In this document: positions 1 through 10,860 of the stretch, in pieces | Position numbering within the stretch: the stretch's first letter is position 1 | How the letters are laid out: each line of letters begins with the position of its first letter | NCBI GenBank assembly: GCA_041736305.1 | Contig: JBGSTX010000238.1 | Location: 1-37,232 of the forward strand | Length of the DNA: 37,232 nucleotides | Direction of reading: 5' to 3' | Origin: Oligoflexus sp. | GTDB taxonomy: Bacteria; Bdellovibrionota_B; Oligoflexia; Oligoflexales; Oligoflexaceae | Program-made: the position numbers and the translations under genes | The notes under the pieces: model-generated | What the model was told of the DNA's origin: nothing | Database searches by the model: none | The model's input: only the letters and a program-made list of their open reading frames with translations

Positions 1-876
1 ATTCCTCATCTTCTGATGCCAGTCATTACCGAACCTCTCAAAGCTTCCCTAGCTCTCAAGTGGGCTTGTCACGAGATGGACCGCCGTTACCAGCTTATGG
101 AATCGGCGATGGTCAGGCACATCGGTGGTTTCAATCATTACTGGGAAAACGCTAGTGCCGCGACGCGCGAAGATATCAAGAATCGCTTTGGTGACATCGC
201 TGGAAAACTCCCCTATATCGTGATTGTTATAGATGAGCTAGCCGACCTGATGCTCATGGCTTCTAAAGATGTGGAATCGTCTATCCAGCGCCTGGCGCAG
301 AAAGCTCGTGCAAGCGGGATCCACCTGGTACTGGCCACGCAACGCCCATCGGTTGATGTGATCACCGGGGTGATCAAAGCCAATCTTCCCTGCCGAACTG
401 CTTTCAAGGTCTTCTCGCGCATCGACAGCCGGACTATTCTCGACAGTATGGGGGCCGAGCGCCTCTTAGGAAAGGGCGACATGCTCTTTCTCCGTCCTGG
501 TTCCAGCAAGCTAGAGCGTATCCAAGGTGCTTTTCTTGGTGATGAGGAAGTCGTCGCTATGGTCGAGCATCTCAAGCAAAGCTCGGCTGTCCACTATGAT
601 GCCAGTGCAATGGAATGGATCGATGAAGAGTTTCAAAAGCAAGCTGGCCCTGGCACCGAAGGCGCTGGGGAGGATCCTGCCCAGACCGATCCTAAGTGGA
701 ATGAAGCGATTGGAATCGCTCAACGCCAAGGAGCTATCAGTGCCTCTTATCTTCAGCGCATGCTAAAAATAGGCTACAACCGCGCCGCCCGGATCGTCGA
801 GGCGATGGAAGCTCAAGGGCTCGTAGCCCGCGCTGACGGGGCAAAGCCTAGGGCCTGGATTGGACCGAATCTTTAG
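1..876 (+). CDS. ftsK: DNA translocase FtsK, C-terminal part (5' truncated by the window edge)
   Basis: The frame is open from base 1 (IPHLLMPVITEP). It has Walker B 'IVIVIDELADLM', the motif 'QKARASGIHLVLATQRPSVDVITGVIKAN', 'GAERLLGKGDML', and a gamma winged-helix 'SASYLQRMLKIGYNRAARIVEAME'. Confidence 0.97.
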   Translation: MPHLLMPVITEPLKASLALKWACHEMDRRYQLMESAMVRHIGGFNHYWENASAATREDIKNRFGDIAGKLPYIVIVIDELADLMLMASKDVESSIQRLAQKARASGIHLVLATQRPSVDVITGVIKANLPCRTAFKVFSRIDSRTILDSMGAERLLGKGDMLFLRPGSSKLERIQGAFLGDEEVVAMVEHLKQSSAVHYDASAMEWIDEEFQKQAGPGTEGAGEDPAQTDPKWNEAIGIAQRQGAISASYLQRMLKIGYNRAARIVEAMEAQGLVARADGAKPRAWIGPNL

Positions 877-1678
877 CACTAAGAAGCGGAGCTGCTGAGA
901 TCCTCTCGATTTCGACCAGCTTCGCATACTTAATATAGGCATAAAGACTTGAAATCAGTGCGTAGGTGTAGCCTGGGTAACCATCCAAAAAACCGAGACG
1001 CAGAAAATATCGCCCAAAAAATTCCAACCATGGCCGCAAAATGTGCCCGACGAAAGGCACCTTGCGCCCTTCGCGCGCATGCTTTTCGGCAATAGCAGTG
1101 GTGTAACGATTGAAGCGCTGGAAGTAGTCGCTAAGGTCGCGATAGCTATAATGCCACAGGGTCCCGACCTTGAGGGTGGCGGTCTCACTGCCGCTTGCTA
1201 CGACCAACTCTTCATGTATGCTGCCTTGATAACGCGCAAAGCCTCTCTTAAAAAAGCGTAGGGGCTTATCCTCAGTCTTACCGTAGTACATCCTTCGGCC
1301 CATAAAAACTAAGCGTCGTCGCAGCCGAAAAGCAGCAATTGACAGAGGCTTATCCTGGATAAGGCGTAAAATCTCGGCGCGCAGATCGACATCTAGCTCC
1401 TCATCTGCGTCGACGGCTAGTACCCACTGCCTATTTGCGTAGCTTAAAGCGGTATTTTTTTGGTCGGCGAAATTGGTGAAAGGCTTCTGATAAACTCGCG
1501 CTCCATATCTCAGAGCGATTGCCGCAGTTGCATCTGTGCTCTCCGAATCGACGAGGATAAGTTCGATTCCAGAAGGCAGGCTTTTGAGACAACGTTCGAG
1601 GTTCGCCTCTTCATTGTAGGCGATTATAACTACGGACAGATCGAGTTCGTCTCTTCCTAACATGACGTCCTGTCTCAA
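848..1678 (-). CDS. Glycosyltransferase family 2 (WaaE/KdtX-like beta-1,4-glucosyltransferase); alternative start at ATG 1663
   Basis: Motifs 'SVVIIAYNEEANLERCL', 'VDSESTDAT', 'WVLAVDADE', 'IHE', 'HYSY' and 'LRLGFLDG' are typical of LPS-core GT2 enzymes. Confidence 0.88.
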   Translation of the reverse strand: MRQDVMLGRDELDLSVVIIAYNEEANLERCLKSLPSGIELILVDSESTDATAAIALRYGARVYQKPFTNFADQKNTALSYANRQWVLAVDADEELDVDLRAEILRLIQDKPLSIAAFRLRRRLVFMGRRMYYGKTEDKPLRFFKRGFARYQGSIHEELVVASGSETATLKVGTLWHYSYRDLSDYFQRFNRYTTAIAEKHAREGRKVPFVGHILRPWLEFFGRYFLRLGFLDGYPGYTYALISSLYAYIKYAKLVEIERISAAPLLSAKDSVQSRP

Positions 1679-1800
1679 GATCGCACAGACCGCTAGAAAT
1701 TATATTCCAGCGGTCGTGGTCTGCAAATCTTGATTTAAGCTTAAAGAAGAGAATAGTTCAGCAAAGATTTTGGGCATTTCTCGGAAGGAACTTTTTCGGT

Positions 1801-2220
1801 TCAGAAAGGTGCTGAAGTAGCTGTCCAGTAGTCCTGATTCTCATTCACTCGGAGGAGCACGGGGTAACCCGCCATAGCCCCTTCATTCGCTTGAGACTTC
1901 GTGAGAGCGACGATAGTCGAGGTTTTTGACTGCTTTATGACTCGACCGACTGCCACTATATAGTTTGACTGATTCTTGATTTCAATAGAGTCGCCAACCG
2001 AACCAATGGGAGGGGTAACTGTGCAGTAGACGCGTTTACTGGCATCTTCTTTAGAGCCTTCGACTATAAAGCGGCTTTCTTTGAGTTTACGGCAGGCCTT
2101 AACGGCAGCTGCAAAAGATACCTGGGAAAGGAGGATCGAGGAGAGAGCTAATGCAATGCCAGTACTGGTCAGCCAGAGAGCGATTCGTTTCCACAGCAAC
2201 ATTCTAATCTCCAAGTTCAA
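1801..2220 (-). CDS. Hypothetical secreted protein (likely start ATG 2202)
   Basis: Signal-peptide-like N-terminus ending 'VSFA', followed by a small beta-rich domain. It fills an otherwise empty gap. Confidence 0.7.
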   Translation of the reverse strand: MNLEIRMLLWKRIALWLTSTGIALALSSILLSQVSFAAAVKACRKLKESRFIVEGSKEDASKRVYCTVTPPIGSVGDSIEIKNQSNYIVAVGRVIKQSKTSTIVALTKSQANEGAMAGYPVLLRVNENQDYWTATSAPF

Positions 2221-2414
2221 ACATCGAAATCAATGAGCTGAGATGGCCTAAGCTCTAGCCGCAAGATATGCCAGTTCACCAGCCCCATGTGAACTCTTCT
2301 TGCTTGAAACTTCTGCACCCTAGATTTGTCTGTATTCGATATAGACAGCTGTCTGAAAAGGTCACAGTCTGGGCTCGAAAAGCTTCTCCATCAATCTTGC
2401 GAGGCTATTTTTGT

Positions 2415-4466
2415 ATGAATCGATTATCTCAAGAGATTTCACCATATCTGCTCCAGCACCAGCACAACCCCGTCGATTGGTTTCCCTGGGGAACAGAGGC
2501 CTTAGAAAAGGCTCGGCAGGAAGATAAACCCATATTCCTATCGATTGGCTATGCCACCTGCCACTGGTGTCATGTCATGGAGGGAGATTCCTTTGAAAAA
2601 GAGGAAGTCGCAGCCCTTCTCAACAAGGATTATGTTGCGATTAAAGTCGACCGCGAAGAACGCCCTGACATAGACGCGATTTATATGAAAGCCGTACAGG
2701 CCATGAATCAGCGCGGCGGTTGGCCTCTGTCGGTAATGCTCACCCCTGACGGTAAACCTTTCTGGGGCGGCACCTTTTTTCCTCGAGCCCAATTCAAAGA
2801 TATATTGGGGCAGGTCGCCAAGCTTTGGCAGGTGAGGCGCGCGGATATCAACGATAACGCCTTTGAACTCAGCTCCCACCTCGCACAGCTCAGTCTCCGG
2901 ACCGGCACGGCAGAGAAGTTAGATACCCGAGCCCTGGAACTATTCACTAAGCAAGAGCTCTCATCTTTTGACCAAGAATGGGGTGGATTTGGCGGTGCTC
3001 CGAAGTTTCCCCCTTCTATGGCTCTGCTGGCGCTTATGCGGCAGTGGAAACGGAAGCCCGATCCCAAAGTTCTCGAAGCTGTCGTCGGAACGCTCGATGG
3101 CATGGCGCGAGGGGGGATGCGGGATCACGTCGGTGGGGGATTTCATCGCTATTCTGTCGACGAAACTTGGCTGGTACCCCACTTTGAAAAGATGCTCTAT
3201 GACAACGCACTCTTAACACTGGCCTACTGCGAAGCCTATCAGATCACTAAAAACGAAGACTATAGAGAAGTTGTTACAAGCACTCTCGATTATGTGCTCC
3301 GAGACCTGCAAAGTCCTGAAGGAGGATTTTATGCGGCCGAAGATGCTGACAGCGAAAAGACCGAAGGTAAATTCTACGTCTGGCAGATGAGTGAACTCCG
3401 CGAAAAGCTCACTCCCAAAGACTTAGAGACGGCTCAAAAATTCTTTGAACTGAAAGAGAAGGGCAATTTTGCTGTCGATCGGCGGGTCGAGGAACTCGAA
3501 GCTGCTGCAGGACTGAAAGCTGTCCACGCTGCAAATATTCTGCATCATCAAAAAGCCAAGCTCTTGCCTTCTCGGCGAGACCCGGCATACCGAGGACTAC
3601 TTGAGACGCTCATGAAAATCCGAGCGGAACGAGTTCGTCCCGGCCTCGATGACAAGATTTTATGCGCTTGGAACGGCCTTATGATTGCCGCTCTCAGCAA
3701 GGCCTACCAAGTCTTTGGTGAACCTCGCTTTCTGGAAGCTGCAGCGAGAGCCGCCGGCTTTATTTTAGAGAAGCTGCGCACTGACGGGAAGCTCTTGCGC
3801 GCCTACCGGGCTGGAGAAGCGCGACATGCTGCGTATCTTGAAGACTACGGCAGCCTCATTTTCGGTCTCATTGAACTCTATCAGGCCAGCTTTGAAGCTC
3901 GCTGGCTCGAAACAGCACTCGATCTTCAACACATGCAGGATTCCCTCTTTTGGGATGAAAAGGACAGTGCCTACTTTGAAACGGACGGACGCGATGCCAC
4001 TCTGATCATGCGATCGAAGGAATGGAGCGATAACGCCTGCCCAAGTGGGAATAGTTTGAGTGCTCTCAATCTCTTAAAGCTGAGCGCGCTGAGCGGAAAT
4101 CTCTACTGGGCTGAAAAAGGCGAACGTCTCTTGAGGCGAGGAGCAGGCATGTTTGAAAAACATCCGGCCGCTTTGCCTATGATGCTGACGGCGCTCGACT
4201 ATGCCTTGAGTCCACGTGCCGAACTCATTATTCGAACTGAGAACCCTAAAGCGTTTAAATGGCCCGAGCTCTGTCCTGATTTTCAGCCCCATACCGTCTT
4301 TCTAAAAGCTGAACGACAGCTGCTTTCCGTCTGTCCTAGCCTGAAGGGCAAGACCGAGGCAGCAGATCCCAGCTATTTTGTCTGTGAGAAAGGTGCTTGC
4401 CAGAGACCCGTTTCCAATCATATGGAAGCTTTGCAAGAACTTCGCTCGATCGGTGCAGATAACTGA
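2415..4466 (+). CDS. Thioredoxin-domain protein, YyaL/SSP411 (SPATA20) family
   Basis: '[22 protein letters not shown]', '[13 protein letters not shown]', '[11 protein letters not shown]', 'GGWPL', '[12 protein letters not shown]'. A GAGG ribosome-binding site at 2401 favours ATG 2415 over the ORF-track start at 2268. Confidence 0.93.
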   Translation: MNRLSQEISPYLLQHQHNPVDWFPWGTEALEKARQEDKPIFLSIGYATCHWCHVMEGDSFEKEEVAALLNKDYVAIKVDREERPDIDAIYMKAVQAMNQRGGWPLSVMLTPDGKPFWGGTFFPRAQFKDILGQVAKLWQVRRADINDNAFELSSHLAQLSLRTGTAEKLDTRALELFTKQELSSFDQEWGGFGGAPKFPPSMALLALMRQWKRKPDPKVLEAVVGTLDGMARGGMRDHVGGGFHRYSVDETWLVPHFEKMLYDNALLTLAYCEAYQITKNEDYREVVTSTLDYVLRDLQSPEGGFYAAEDADSEKTEGKFYVWQMSELREKLTPKDLETAQKFFELKEKGNFAVDRRVEELEAAAGLKAVHAANILHHQKAKLLPSRRDPAYRGLLETLMKIRAERVRPGLDDKILCAWNGLMIAALSKAYQVFGEPRFLEAAARAAGFILEKLRTDGKLLRAYRAGEARHAAYLEDYGSLIFGLIELYQASFEARWLETALDLQHMQDSLFWDEKDSAYFETDGRDATLIMRSKEWSDNACPSGNSLSALNLLKLSALSGNLYWAEKGERLLRRGAGMFEKHPAALPMMLTALDYALSPRAELIIRTENPKAFKWPELCPDFQPHTVFLKAERQLLSVCPSLKGKTEAADPSYFVCEKGACQRPVSNHMEALQELRSIGADN

Positions 4467-4487
4467 CTCAAACTGAGGGGACTACTC

Positions 4488-5003
4488 GTGATCACCCATA
4501 GATCGGCAGCTCAGTGGATTGAAGACCTTCACCTCAAACCTCATCCAGAAGGCGGACACTATCGAGAAATCTATCGTTCGGCGGGACAGATCGGTCAGGA
4601 TTTTCTGCCAGAAGGAATGGAAGGAAACCGAAATTACGCCACGTCCATTTACTATCTGCTCGAAGCTGGTGATGTTTCGCTTTTTCATCGCATAAAAAGT
4701 GACGAGCTTTGGTTTTTTCACAGTGGCGCCCCGCTCGAAATCGTGGTGCTGAACAAAGATGGAACGATCGATACCCATATTCTGGGTCTCGATGTCGAAG
4801 TTGGTCAACAGCCCCAATTGACCGTTCCAGCGGGCCTCTGGTTTGGGGCTAGGTTGCCACCCCATTTTGCGTCTTACGGACTCGTCTCCTGCGTGGTTTC
4901 TCCAGGCTTTGACTTTGAGGATTTCCAGCTTGCGACGCCCGAAGATATTGAGAAATGGCCAGCAATGCGCCGTTGCCCGGATCTTTGCCCGCCTCTGCAT
5001 TGA
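4488..5003 (+). CDS. Cupin domain protein (DUF985/Cupin_5)
   Basis: 'LKPHPEGGHYRE', 'TSIYYLL', 'FHRIKSDELW', 'SCVVSPGFDFEDF'. Confidence 0.92.
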   Translation: MITHRSAAQWIEDLHLKPHPEGGHYREIYRSAGQIGQDFLPEGMEGNRNYATSIYYLLEAGDVSLFHRIKSDELWFFHSGAPLEIVVLNKDGTIDTHILGLDVEVGQQPQLTVPAGLWFGARLPPHFASYGLVSCVVSPGFDFEDFQLATPEDIEKWPAMRRCPDLCPPLH

Positions 5004-5092
5004 TTGGAAAAGTGACTCTGCCTTCTGGACAATTTAATAGCTCTCCAGTAGGCTCCAGCGCATCGTATTCAGCATAACGAAGGGCCCTAGCG

Positions 5093-6202
5093 ATGGACGA
5101 TATCTTGAAAAAAACACCCCTCCATGCCATGCACAAAAAGCGTGGGGCGCGTATGGTTCCCTTCGGCGGCTGGGATATGCCTGTTCAATACGAGGGAGTG
5201 ATTGCTGAGCACAAGCAAGTCCGCCAAGATTGCGGCGTATTTGATGTCAGTCACATGGGCGAGATTTTTGTGAAAGGTCCCGAGGCTGCGAAGCTGCTTC
5301 AACACCTCAGCATCAACGATATCGATCGCCTGCAAGTTGGGAACGGCCAGTATACGGCGATGCTCACAGATCAAGGCGGCTTCGTCGACGATCTGATCAT
5401 CTATCGGCTAGCTAAGGAAGAGTTTCTTATCTGCGTGAACGCTTCCAATATCGAAAAAGATTATCAGTGGATCCTCTCGCAAAAAGCCGCGTTTCAGGCT
5501 GAAGTTCGCAACGAGTCGGAGCGCTGGAGTCAGCTGGCTATTCAAGGGCCACGCAGTCCCGAAGCCATCAAAACTTTATTGGATCCCCAAGATCAAGCCC
5601 GCGTCGCCGTGCTCGGCTACACTGAGATCGCAAAAGTCACTTGCTTCGGCAAGGAAGTCTACGCGGCACGCACGGGTTATACCGGAGAGTGGGGCTACGA
5701 ATTTTATATTCCGAACGAAATAGCTGAAAAATGTTTTGAGACTTTGCTCGAAAACAGTTCGGCTAAACCCATAGGCCTCGGTGCTCGCGACACCTTGCGG
5801 CTTGAAGCTGGTTATCTTCTCTATGGCAACGACATGGATGAGAGCGTGACTCCCATTGAAGCCGGAATTTCCTGGGCCGTGCGCTTTGAGAAAGGCTCTT
5901 TCAAAGGTAAAGCGGTCTTGGAAGCTCAGAAAAACGCTGAAGTTCCGGCGCGGAAAATGGTCAGTTTTCTGATGGAAGAGCAGGGTATCGCTCGGCATGG
6001 AATGGACGTCTACGTCGGGGATCGAAAGGTCGGTCAGGTGACCAGTGGCTCTTTTCTTCCGAGCCTTGAAGCAGCGGGTGGCATGGCCTTGATCGAGAAG
6101 GATTCAGCCAAGCTTGGCGATATCGTGAGCATCGATATTCGCGGTAAAAGAAAACTTGCGAAGCTCGTTAAAAGACCCCTATATTCGCCGAAGGTTAAGT
6201 GA
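5093..6202 (+). CDS. gcvT: Glycine cleavage system aminomethyltransferase T
   Basis: 'FGGWDMPVQY', 'FDVSHMGE', 'RTGYTGE', 'GLGARDTLRLEAG'; lies upstream of gcvH and gcvP. Confidence 0.97.
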   Translation: MDDILKKTPLHAMHKKRGARMVPFGGWDMPVQYEGVIAEHKQVRQDCGVFDVSHMGEIFVKGPEAAKLLQHLSINDIDRLQVGNGQYTAMLTDQGGFVDDLIIYRLAKEEFLICVNASNIEKDYQWILSQKAAFQAEVRNESERWSQLAIQGPRSPEAIKTLLDPQDQARVAVLGYTEIAKVTCFGKEVYAARTGYTGEWGYEFYIPNEIAEKCFETLLENSSAKPIGLGARDTLRLEAGYLLYGNDMDESVTPIEAGISWAVRFEKGSFKGKAVLEAQKNAEVPARKMVSFLMEEQGIARHGMDVYVGDRKVGQVTSGSFLPSLEAAGGMALIEKDSAKLGDIVSIDIRGKRKLAKLVKRPLYSPKVK

Positions 6203-6239
6203 GAATCGATAGCTCGTTTCCCCTTATTTTTTGAGGTTA

Positions 6240-6620
6240 ATGATGACTTTTCCCAAAGATTTGAAATACACCCGTGAGCATGAATGGGTCCGCAATGAAG
6301 GCGGCACCGTGACTGTCGGTATTACAGCCTACGCGCTAGAACAGCTCGGAGATGTTGTGCACCTGGATCTGCCGAAGGTCGGTGAAACGTATAAAGCCGG
6401 TTCTACTTTTGGCACCATCGAATCAACCAAAACAGTTTCTGATCTCTATATGCCCCACTCAGGCAAAGTCATGGCGGTTAATTCACCGATCGCAAGCAAG
6501 CTAGAAGCTCTGGTTGATGACCCCTACAAGAACGGTTGGCTGGTTAAAATACAAGTCGACAAAGAAGATGGCGAAACAATTTCAGCTGATGAATATCAAA
6601 AATTTATCGCTGAAGATTGA
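6240..6620 (+). CDS. gcvH: Glycine cleavage system H protein (start ATG 6240 or 6243)
   Basis: 'LKYTREHEW', 'GITAYALEQLGDVV', lipoyl-lysine motif 'IESTKTVSDLY', 'DPYKNGW'; GAGG upstream. Confidence 0.96.
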   Translation: MMTFPKDLKYTREHEWVRNEGGTVTVGITAYALEQLGDVVHLDLPKVGETYKAGSTFGTIESTKTVSDLYMPHSGKVMAVNSPIASKLEALVDDPYKNGWLVKIQVDKEDGETISADEYQKFIAED

Positions 6621-6811
6621 TCTAGGCAAAAATGACGCTTTGCAGCCCTGCAAGGCTGCTCTCCGCTAGCTGACTCTTCTAGATTTTTATCAGTTTCAGC
6701 CACTTAGCCCTGCATCCCCCCCTTCAGAGTAAGTGGCCAGAATTGTTTGATTTTATTCCGCGCTTGAGATAGATTACTCATGTTTGACAACTATTAAGGT
6801 GGTAGGTTTCC

Positions 6812-9685
6812 ATGTCTAGAGTTTGGGATAAAGCCAATTCTTCGCAGCGGTTCGCTGCTCGCCATATAGGCCCTTCTGATTCCGACGTATCCGCGATGCT
6901 CGGCACGCTTGGCTATAAAAATATCGATGAGCTGACCGGTACAGCCTTGCCAAAGTCTATCCAGGATTCATCACCACTGGACCTGCCACCCGCTCTGTCC
7001 GAACATGAGGCCTTGGCTGAACTCAAGCGCATCATGAGTCAGAACCAAGTCTACCGCTCCTATCTCGGACTGGGTTATAGCGATTGCATCACGCCAGCTG
7101 TCGTCCAAAGGAATATTCTCGAAAACCCAGCTTGGTACACGCAGTACACGCCTTATCAGGCAGAGATCGCCCAGGGACGCCTTGAGGCGCTTTTAAATTA
7201 TCAAACTATGGTCAGTGAACTCTGCGGTCTGCCCGTGGCCAATGCATCACTGCTCGACGAAGGTACAGCCGCGGCTGAGGCGATGGCCATGAGTCGAGAG
7301 GTCGCCGGGTCTGAAGGCCTGACTTATTTGATAGCAGCCAATTGCCATCCACAGACTATCGAAGTGGTGAAAACACGTGCCGAGGCTTTAGGCCTCAAGA
7401 TTAAGCTGCTTGACCCTGCTCGGCCCACCTTCGATAAAGCAGAAAGCTTTGGTCTCTTGCTCCAGTATCCGGCCACCGATGGCTCAATCAGCGATTTGCG
7501 CGGTCTGATTCAAAAAGCTAAGGACCAGGGTCTAGTTGTGACTCTAGCCACCGATCTTTTGGCCCTTTGCGTTTTAACTCCTCCTGGTGAGCTGGGAGCA
7601 GATATAGCCGTAGGGAATTCACAGCGCTTCGGTGTGCCCTTAGGTTATGGCGGGCCCCATGCAGGATTTTTTGCGACGAAAGAAGAGCATAAGCGCCGCA
7701 TCCCTGGCCGCATCGTTGGGGTCTCTAAAGACGCCCAGGGTCGCCCGGCTTATAGGCTCGCGTTACAAACGCGCGAACAACATATTCGCCGCGATAAAGC
7801 GACGAGCAATATCTGTACCGCTCAGGTTCTGCTAGCGATCATGGCTTCGATGTATGCAGTCTATCACGGACCTGCAGGGCTGAAGGATATCGCTGAGCGC
7901 ACTCATGCTCTCACGCAAATTCTCGGCGCGGGTTTGAAGAAACTAGGATTCCAGCTTCTCTCCGAGATGTACTTCGATACCCTTTCCATCAAACTTGACA
8001 AGACGCGCGCCGATGAAATCTATCGCCGTGCCTTGGGCCAACGCATCAACCTGCGTCGCACCAATGACGAAATCCTGGGAATTTCTCTGGACGAAAAATC
8101 AACGGTCAGCGAAATCGAGGCTTTGCTCAAAGTTTTTGCCGGCAAGGAAAACTCTCCTTCAGCGAAGGAACTGGCGGGCCAGGTTGTCGAGCTCATTCCC
8201 GAGAATCTCAAGCGCAGCTCGGAATTCCTTACTCATCCGGTCTTCCACAGCTATCATTCTGAAACCGAAATGATGCGCTACATCAGGAAGCTTGAGTCGC
8301 GCGATCTCTCGCTCACACGCTCTATGATTCCCCTCGGATCATGCACCATGAAACTCAATGCTGCCGTCGAACTCATGCCTATTACCTGGCCTGAGGTCAA
8401 CGGTCTGCATCCCTTTGCGCCGCTGGATCAGGTGCAAGGCTATCAGGAGCTGTTTCGCACTCTCGAAAATTATCTTTCGGTCTGCACAGGCTTTGACGCT
8501 ATTTCACTCCAGCCAAACTCCGGGGCTCAAGGCGAGTACGCTGGCCTGCTGGTAATCAAAAAATATCATGAAGACCGCGGCCAAGCCCATCGCCAGGTTT
8601 GTCTTATCCCAAGCTCAGCACACGGCACCAACCCAGCTAGTGCAGTCATGGCTGGCATGCAAGTCGTCGTCGTGAAGTGCGATGAAGAAGGCAATATTGA
8701 CCTTAGCGATTTGAAAGAAAAGGCTAAGATTCATGCGGATCGACTCTCGGCCCTCATGGTTACCTATCCTTCGACCCACGGGGTTTTCGAAGAAGATATG
8801 GTGCAGATCTGCGAGATTATCCATGGCCATGGCGGACAGGTCTACATGGATGGGGCTAATCTCAATGCTCAGATTGGGCTCTGTCGACCAGGGAAATTTG
8901 GTCCTGACGTTTGCCACATGAACCTGCATAAGACCTTCTGTATCCCACACGGCGGCGGCGGTCCCGGCGTTGGACCGATTGGCGTTAAGAGCCATCTGGC
9001 GAAGTATTTGCCAAACCATCCCCTGGTGAAAATGGGTGGTAGCGCGGGAGTAGGGCCTATATCCGCAGCACCTTGGGGCAGTGCCAGCATTCTGCCTATT
9101 TCCTGGATGTATGTCCGCATGATGGGTGCCGAAGGCCTCAAAAAAGCTACGCAGGTAGCTATTTTGAATGCCAACTATATGGCAAAGCGCTTGATGGCAG
9201 ATTTTCCCGTGGTCTATCGTGGTCGCTCCGGACTGGTCGCCCATGAGTGCATTATCGATCTCAAAGAAGTTAAGAAAACTGCGGATATCACCGTTGATGA
9301 TATCGCGAAGCGATTGATTGATTATGGCTATCATGCACCAACCGTTTCATGGCCCGTGCCCAATAGTATGATGATCGAGCCCACCGAATCTGAATCAAAG
9401 GCGGAGCTAGATCGCTTCTGTGAAGTGATGATCAGCATTCGTCAGGAGATTCGTGCTATCGAAAAAGGCGAAGCTGCGAAAGAGAGCAATGTTCTCAAAA
9501 ACGCTCCTCATACCGCAGCAGTCCTGACGGAAGCCTGGGATAAGCCTTACGATAGGGCGCAAGCTGCTTTTCCACAGGCATGGATCAAAGAAAACAAGTT
9601 CTGGCCATACGTGGGTAGAATCGACAATGCTTTTGGCGATAGGAACCTGGTTTGCACCTGTCCGGATATATCTGAATACGCCTGA
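6812..9685 (+). CDS. gcvP: Glycine dehydrogenase (decarboxylating), single-chain P protein
   Basis: 957 aa; '[14 protein letters not shown]', '[19 protein letters not shown]', '[10 protein letters not shown]', PLP-lysine motif '[16 protein letters not shown]'. Confidence 0.98.
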   Translation: MSRVWDKANSSQRFAARHIGPSDSDVSAMLGTLGYKNIDELTGTALPKSIQDSSPLDLPPALSEHEALAELKRIMSQNQVYRSYLGLGYSDCITPAVVQRNILENPAWYTQYTPYQAEIAQGRLEALLNYQTMVSELCGLPVANASLLDEGTAAAEAMAMSREVAGSEGLTYLIAANCHPQTIEVVKTRAEALGLKIKLLDPARPTFDKAESFGLLLQYPATDGSISDLRGLIQKAKDQGLVVTLATDLLALCVLTPPGELGADIAVGNSQRFGVPLGYGGPHAGFFATKEEHKRRIPGRIVGVSKDAQGRPAYRLALQTREQHIRRDKATSNICTAQVLLAIMASMYAVYHGPAGLKDIAERTHALTQILGAGLKKLGFQLLSEMYFDTLSIKLDKTRADEIYRRALGQRINLRRTNDEILGISLDEKSTVSEIEALLKVFAGKENSPSAKELAGQVVELIPENLKRSSEFLTHPVFHSYHSETEMMRYIRKLESRDLSLTRSMIPLGSCTMKLNAAVELMPITWPEVNGLHPFAPLDQVQGYQELFRTLENYLSVCTGFDAISLQPNSGAQGEYAGLLVIKKYHEDRGQAHRQVCLIPSSAHGTNPASAVMAGMQVVVVKCDEEGNIDLSDLKEKAKIHADRLSALMVTYPSTHGVFEEDMVQICEIIHGHGGQVYMDGANLNAQIGLCRPGKFGPDVCHMNLHKTFCIPHGGGGPGVGPIGVKSHLAKYLPNHPLVKMGGSAGVGPISAAPWGSASILPISWMYVRMMGAEGLKKATQVAILNANYMAKRLMADFPVVYRGRSGLVAHECIIDLKEVKKTADITVDDIAKRLIDYGYHAPTVSWPVPNSMMIEPTESESKAELDRFCEVMISIRQEIRAIEKGEAAKESNVLKNAPHTAAVLTEAWDKPYDRAQAAFPQAWIKENKFWPYVGRIDNAFGDRNLVCTCPDISEYA

Positions 9686-9698
9686 TCAAGGCTAAGGA

Positions 9699-9726
9699 CT
9701 TGTCTCCTGCTTTCGGAGGAGACGAG
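9699..9726. terminator. Hairpin between the convergent gcvP and MBL-hydrolase genes, possible terminator
   Basis: 10-bp stem CTTGTCTCCT (9699-9708) / AGGAGACGAG (9717-9726) with one G-T pair. There is no clear U-tract. Confidence 0.4.
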
Positions 9727-9731
9727 CCTGG

Positions 9732-10823
9732 CTACTCAGACTCTCTACCTTCGAACGAGTGAAGGAGGGTCTGTCCCTCGGCTAAAACTGAAAAATCGTC
9801 ATAATGGACATCGCTACTGCTTTCGATCGCTTTATGGAGATCGACGAGGGGCTGCTCGATGCTCTCATCGGTCAGCTGAAAAGTCCCGAAGTGGATCCCG
9901 AGCGATTTTTTCGAACCGAGATCTTTATGGGCCAAGACAGCCTCTGCGGGATTCATATGATAATCTTTCATAAACCACCGCGGCTCGTAAGCGCCTATCG
10001 GCAAGAAAGCTAGATCCATCGGACCTAAGCGCTCCTCAATAGCTTTAAAATGTGGACCGTAGCCGGTATCACCCCCAAAATAGATGTGATGCCCCCGGTA
10101 GATGATGGTATAGCTACCCCAAAGACTCTCGTAACGATCGTTTAACCAGCGACCTGACCAATGCCGCGCAGGAGTGAAGACGATCTTAAGTTCATCGTTA
10201 ATCTTCCGCTCCTGCCACCAATCCATTTCCTCGATCCGATCGACTCCAAATGAATTGAGATAGGCCTTGTCGCCCAGAGGGATCAGTATGAGCGGTTGAT
10301 CGCGTTCTTTGAGTCGAGCCAAAGTCGCTTCATCCATGTGATCGTAGTGATTATGACTAATGATCACTGCATCTATTTTGGGCAGATCTTCCCAAGCAAT
10401 CCCGGGCTCACGGACCCGTTTATGTCCGACCCATTGGAAAGGACTGGGGCGCTCAGACCAGATGGGATCGGTGAGGATATTGTAACCCTTAAACTGCAGC
10501 AGCATCGTTGCATGGTTAACGAAGGTCACCGCTACTGAATTCTCGTCCAATTCTTTCCTAAGATCGGGACGGGCGATGTTCACGAGAGACTCTGGCCACT
10601 CTTTTCGATCGCCGAAAAATTGCCAACGGAGAACATCGCTGAAAGACTTTTTATTATCACCCTCGGGATTGAAAAACTTCTGACCATCAAAATGATCGGA
10701 TTTCGGGCCTTCATAGCTCGACGAGGTACAAGAAATCAGCAGGAATATTCCGCTAAAGTAGCCAGCTACGCGAGCACAGGGGGAGTACAGCAGAAAGTAG
10801 GGGATCCGGGATTGGGTTTTCAA
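9732..10823 (-). CDS. MBL-fold metallo-hydrolase (RomA/NAPE-PLD-like), possibly a lipoprotein
   Basis: 'HATMLL', 'LTDPIWSER', zinc motif 'SHNHYDHMD', 'PARHWSGR', 'GGDTGY', 'PIGAYEPRWFM', 'IHFGTF'; lipobox-like 'LLISC'. Start placed at TTG 10823 (GAAGG upstream) because the track start at 10976 overlaps rapZ. Confidence 0.85.
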   Translation of the reverse strand: MKTQSRIPYFLLYSPCARVAGYFSGIFLLISCTSSSYEGPKSDHFDGQKFFNPEGDNKKSFSDVLRWQFFGDRKEWPESLVNIARPDLRKELDENSVAVTFVNHATMLLQFKGYNILTDPIWSERPSPFQWVGHKRVREPGIAWEDLPKIDAVIISHNHYDHMDEATLARLKERDQPLILIPLGDKAYLNSFGVDRIEEMDWWQERKINDELKIVFTPARHWSGRWLNDRYESLWGSYTIIYRGHHIYFGGDTGYGPHFKAIEERLGPMDLAFLPIGAYEPRWFMKDYHMNPAEAVLAHKDLGSKKSLGIHFGTFQLTDESIEQPLVDLHKAIESSSDVHYDDFSVLAEGQTLLHSFEGRESE

Positions 10824-10860
10824 TTCGAACCTTCGTGGCAGGATGATTAAACAGAGAATA

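Noticed and set aside
848-876. Convergent 3' overlap of ftsK and the glycosyltransferase (also 20623-20633)
   Set aside because: Short tail-to-tail overlaps are common in compact genomes.
2268-2414. 49-aa N-terminal extension of the YyaL-like protein
   Set aside because: Family similarity begins at MNRL (2415), which has a ribosome-binding site.
8615-9334. 239-aa minus-strand ORF
   Set aside because: Antisense to highly conserved gcvP; no independent evidence.
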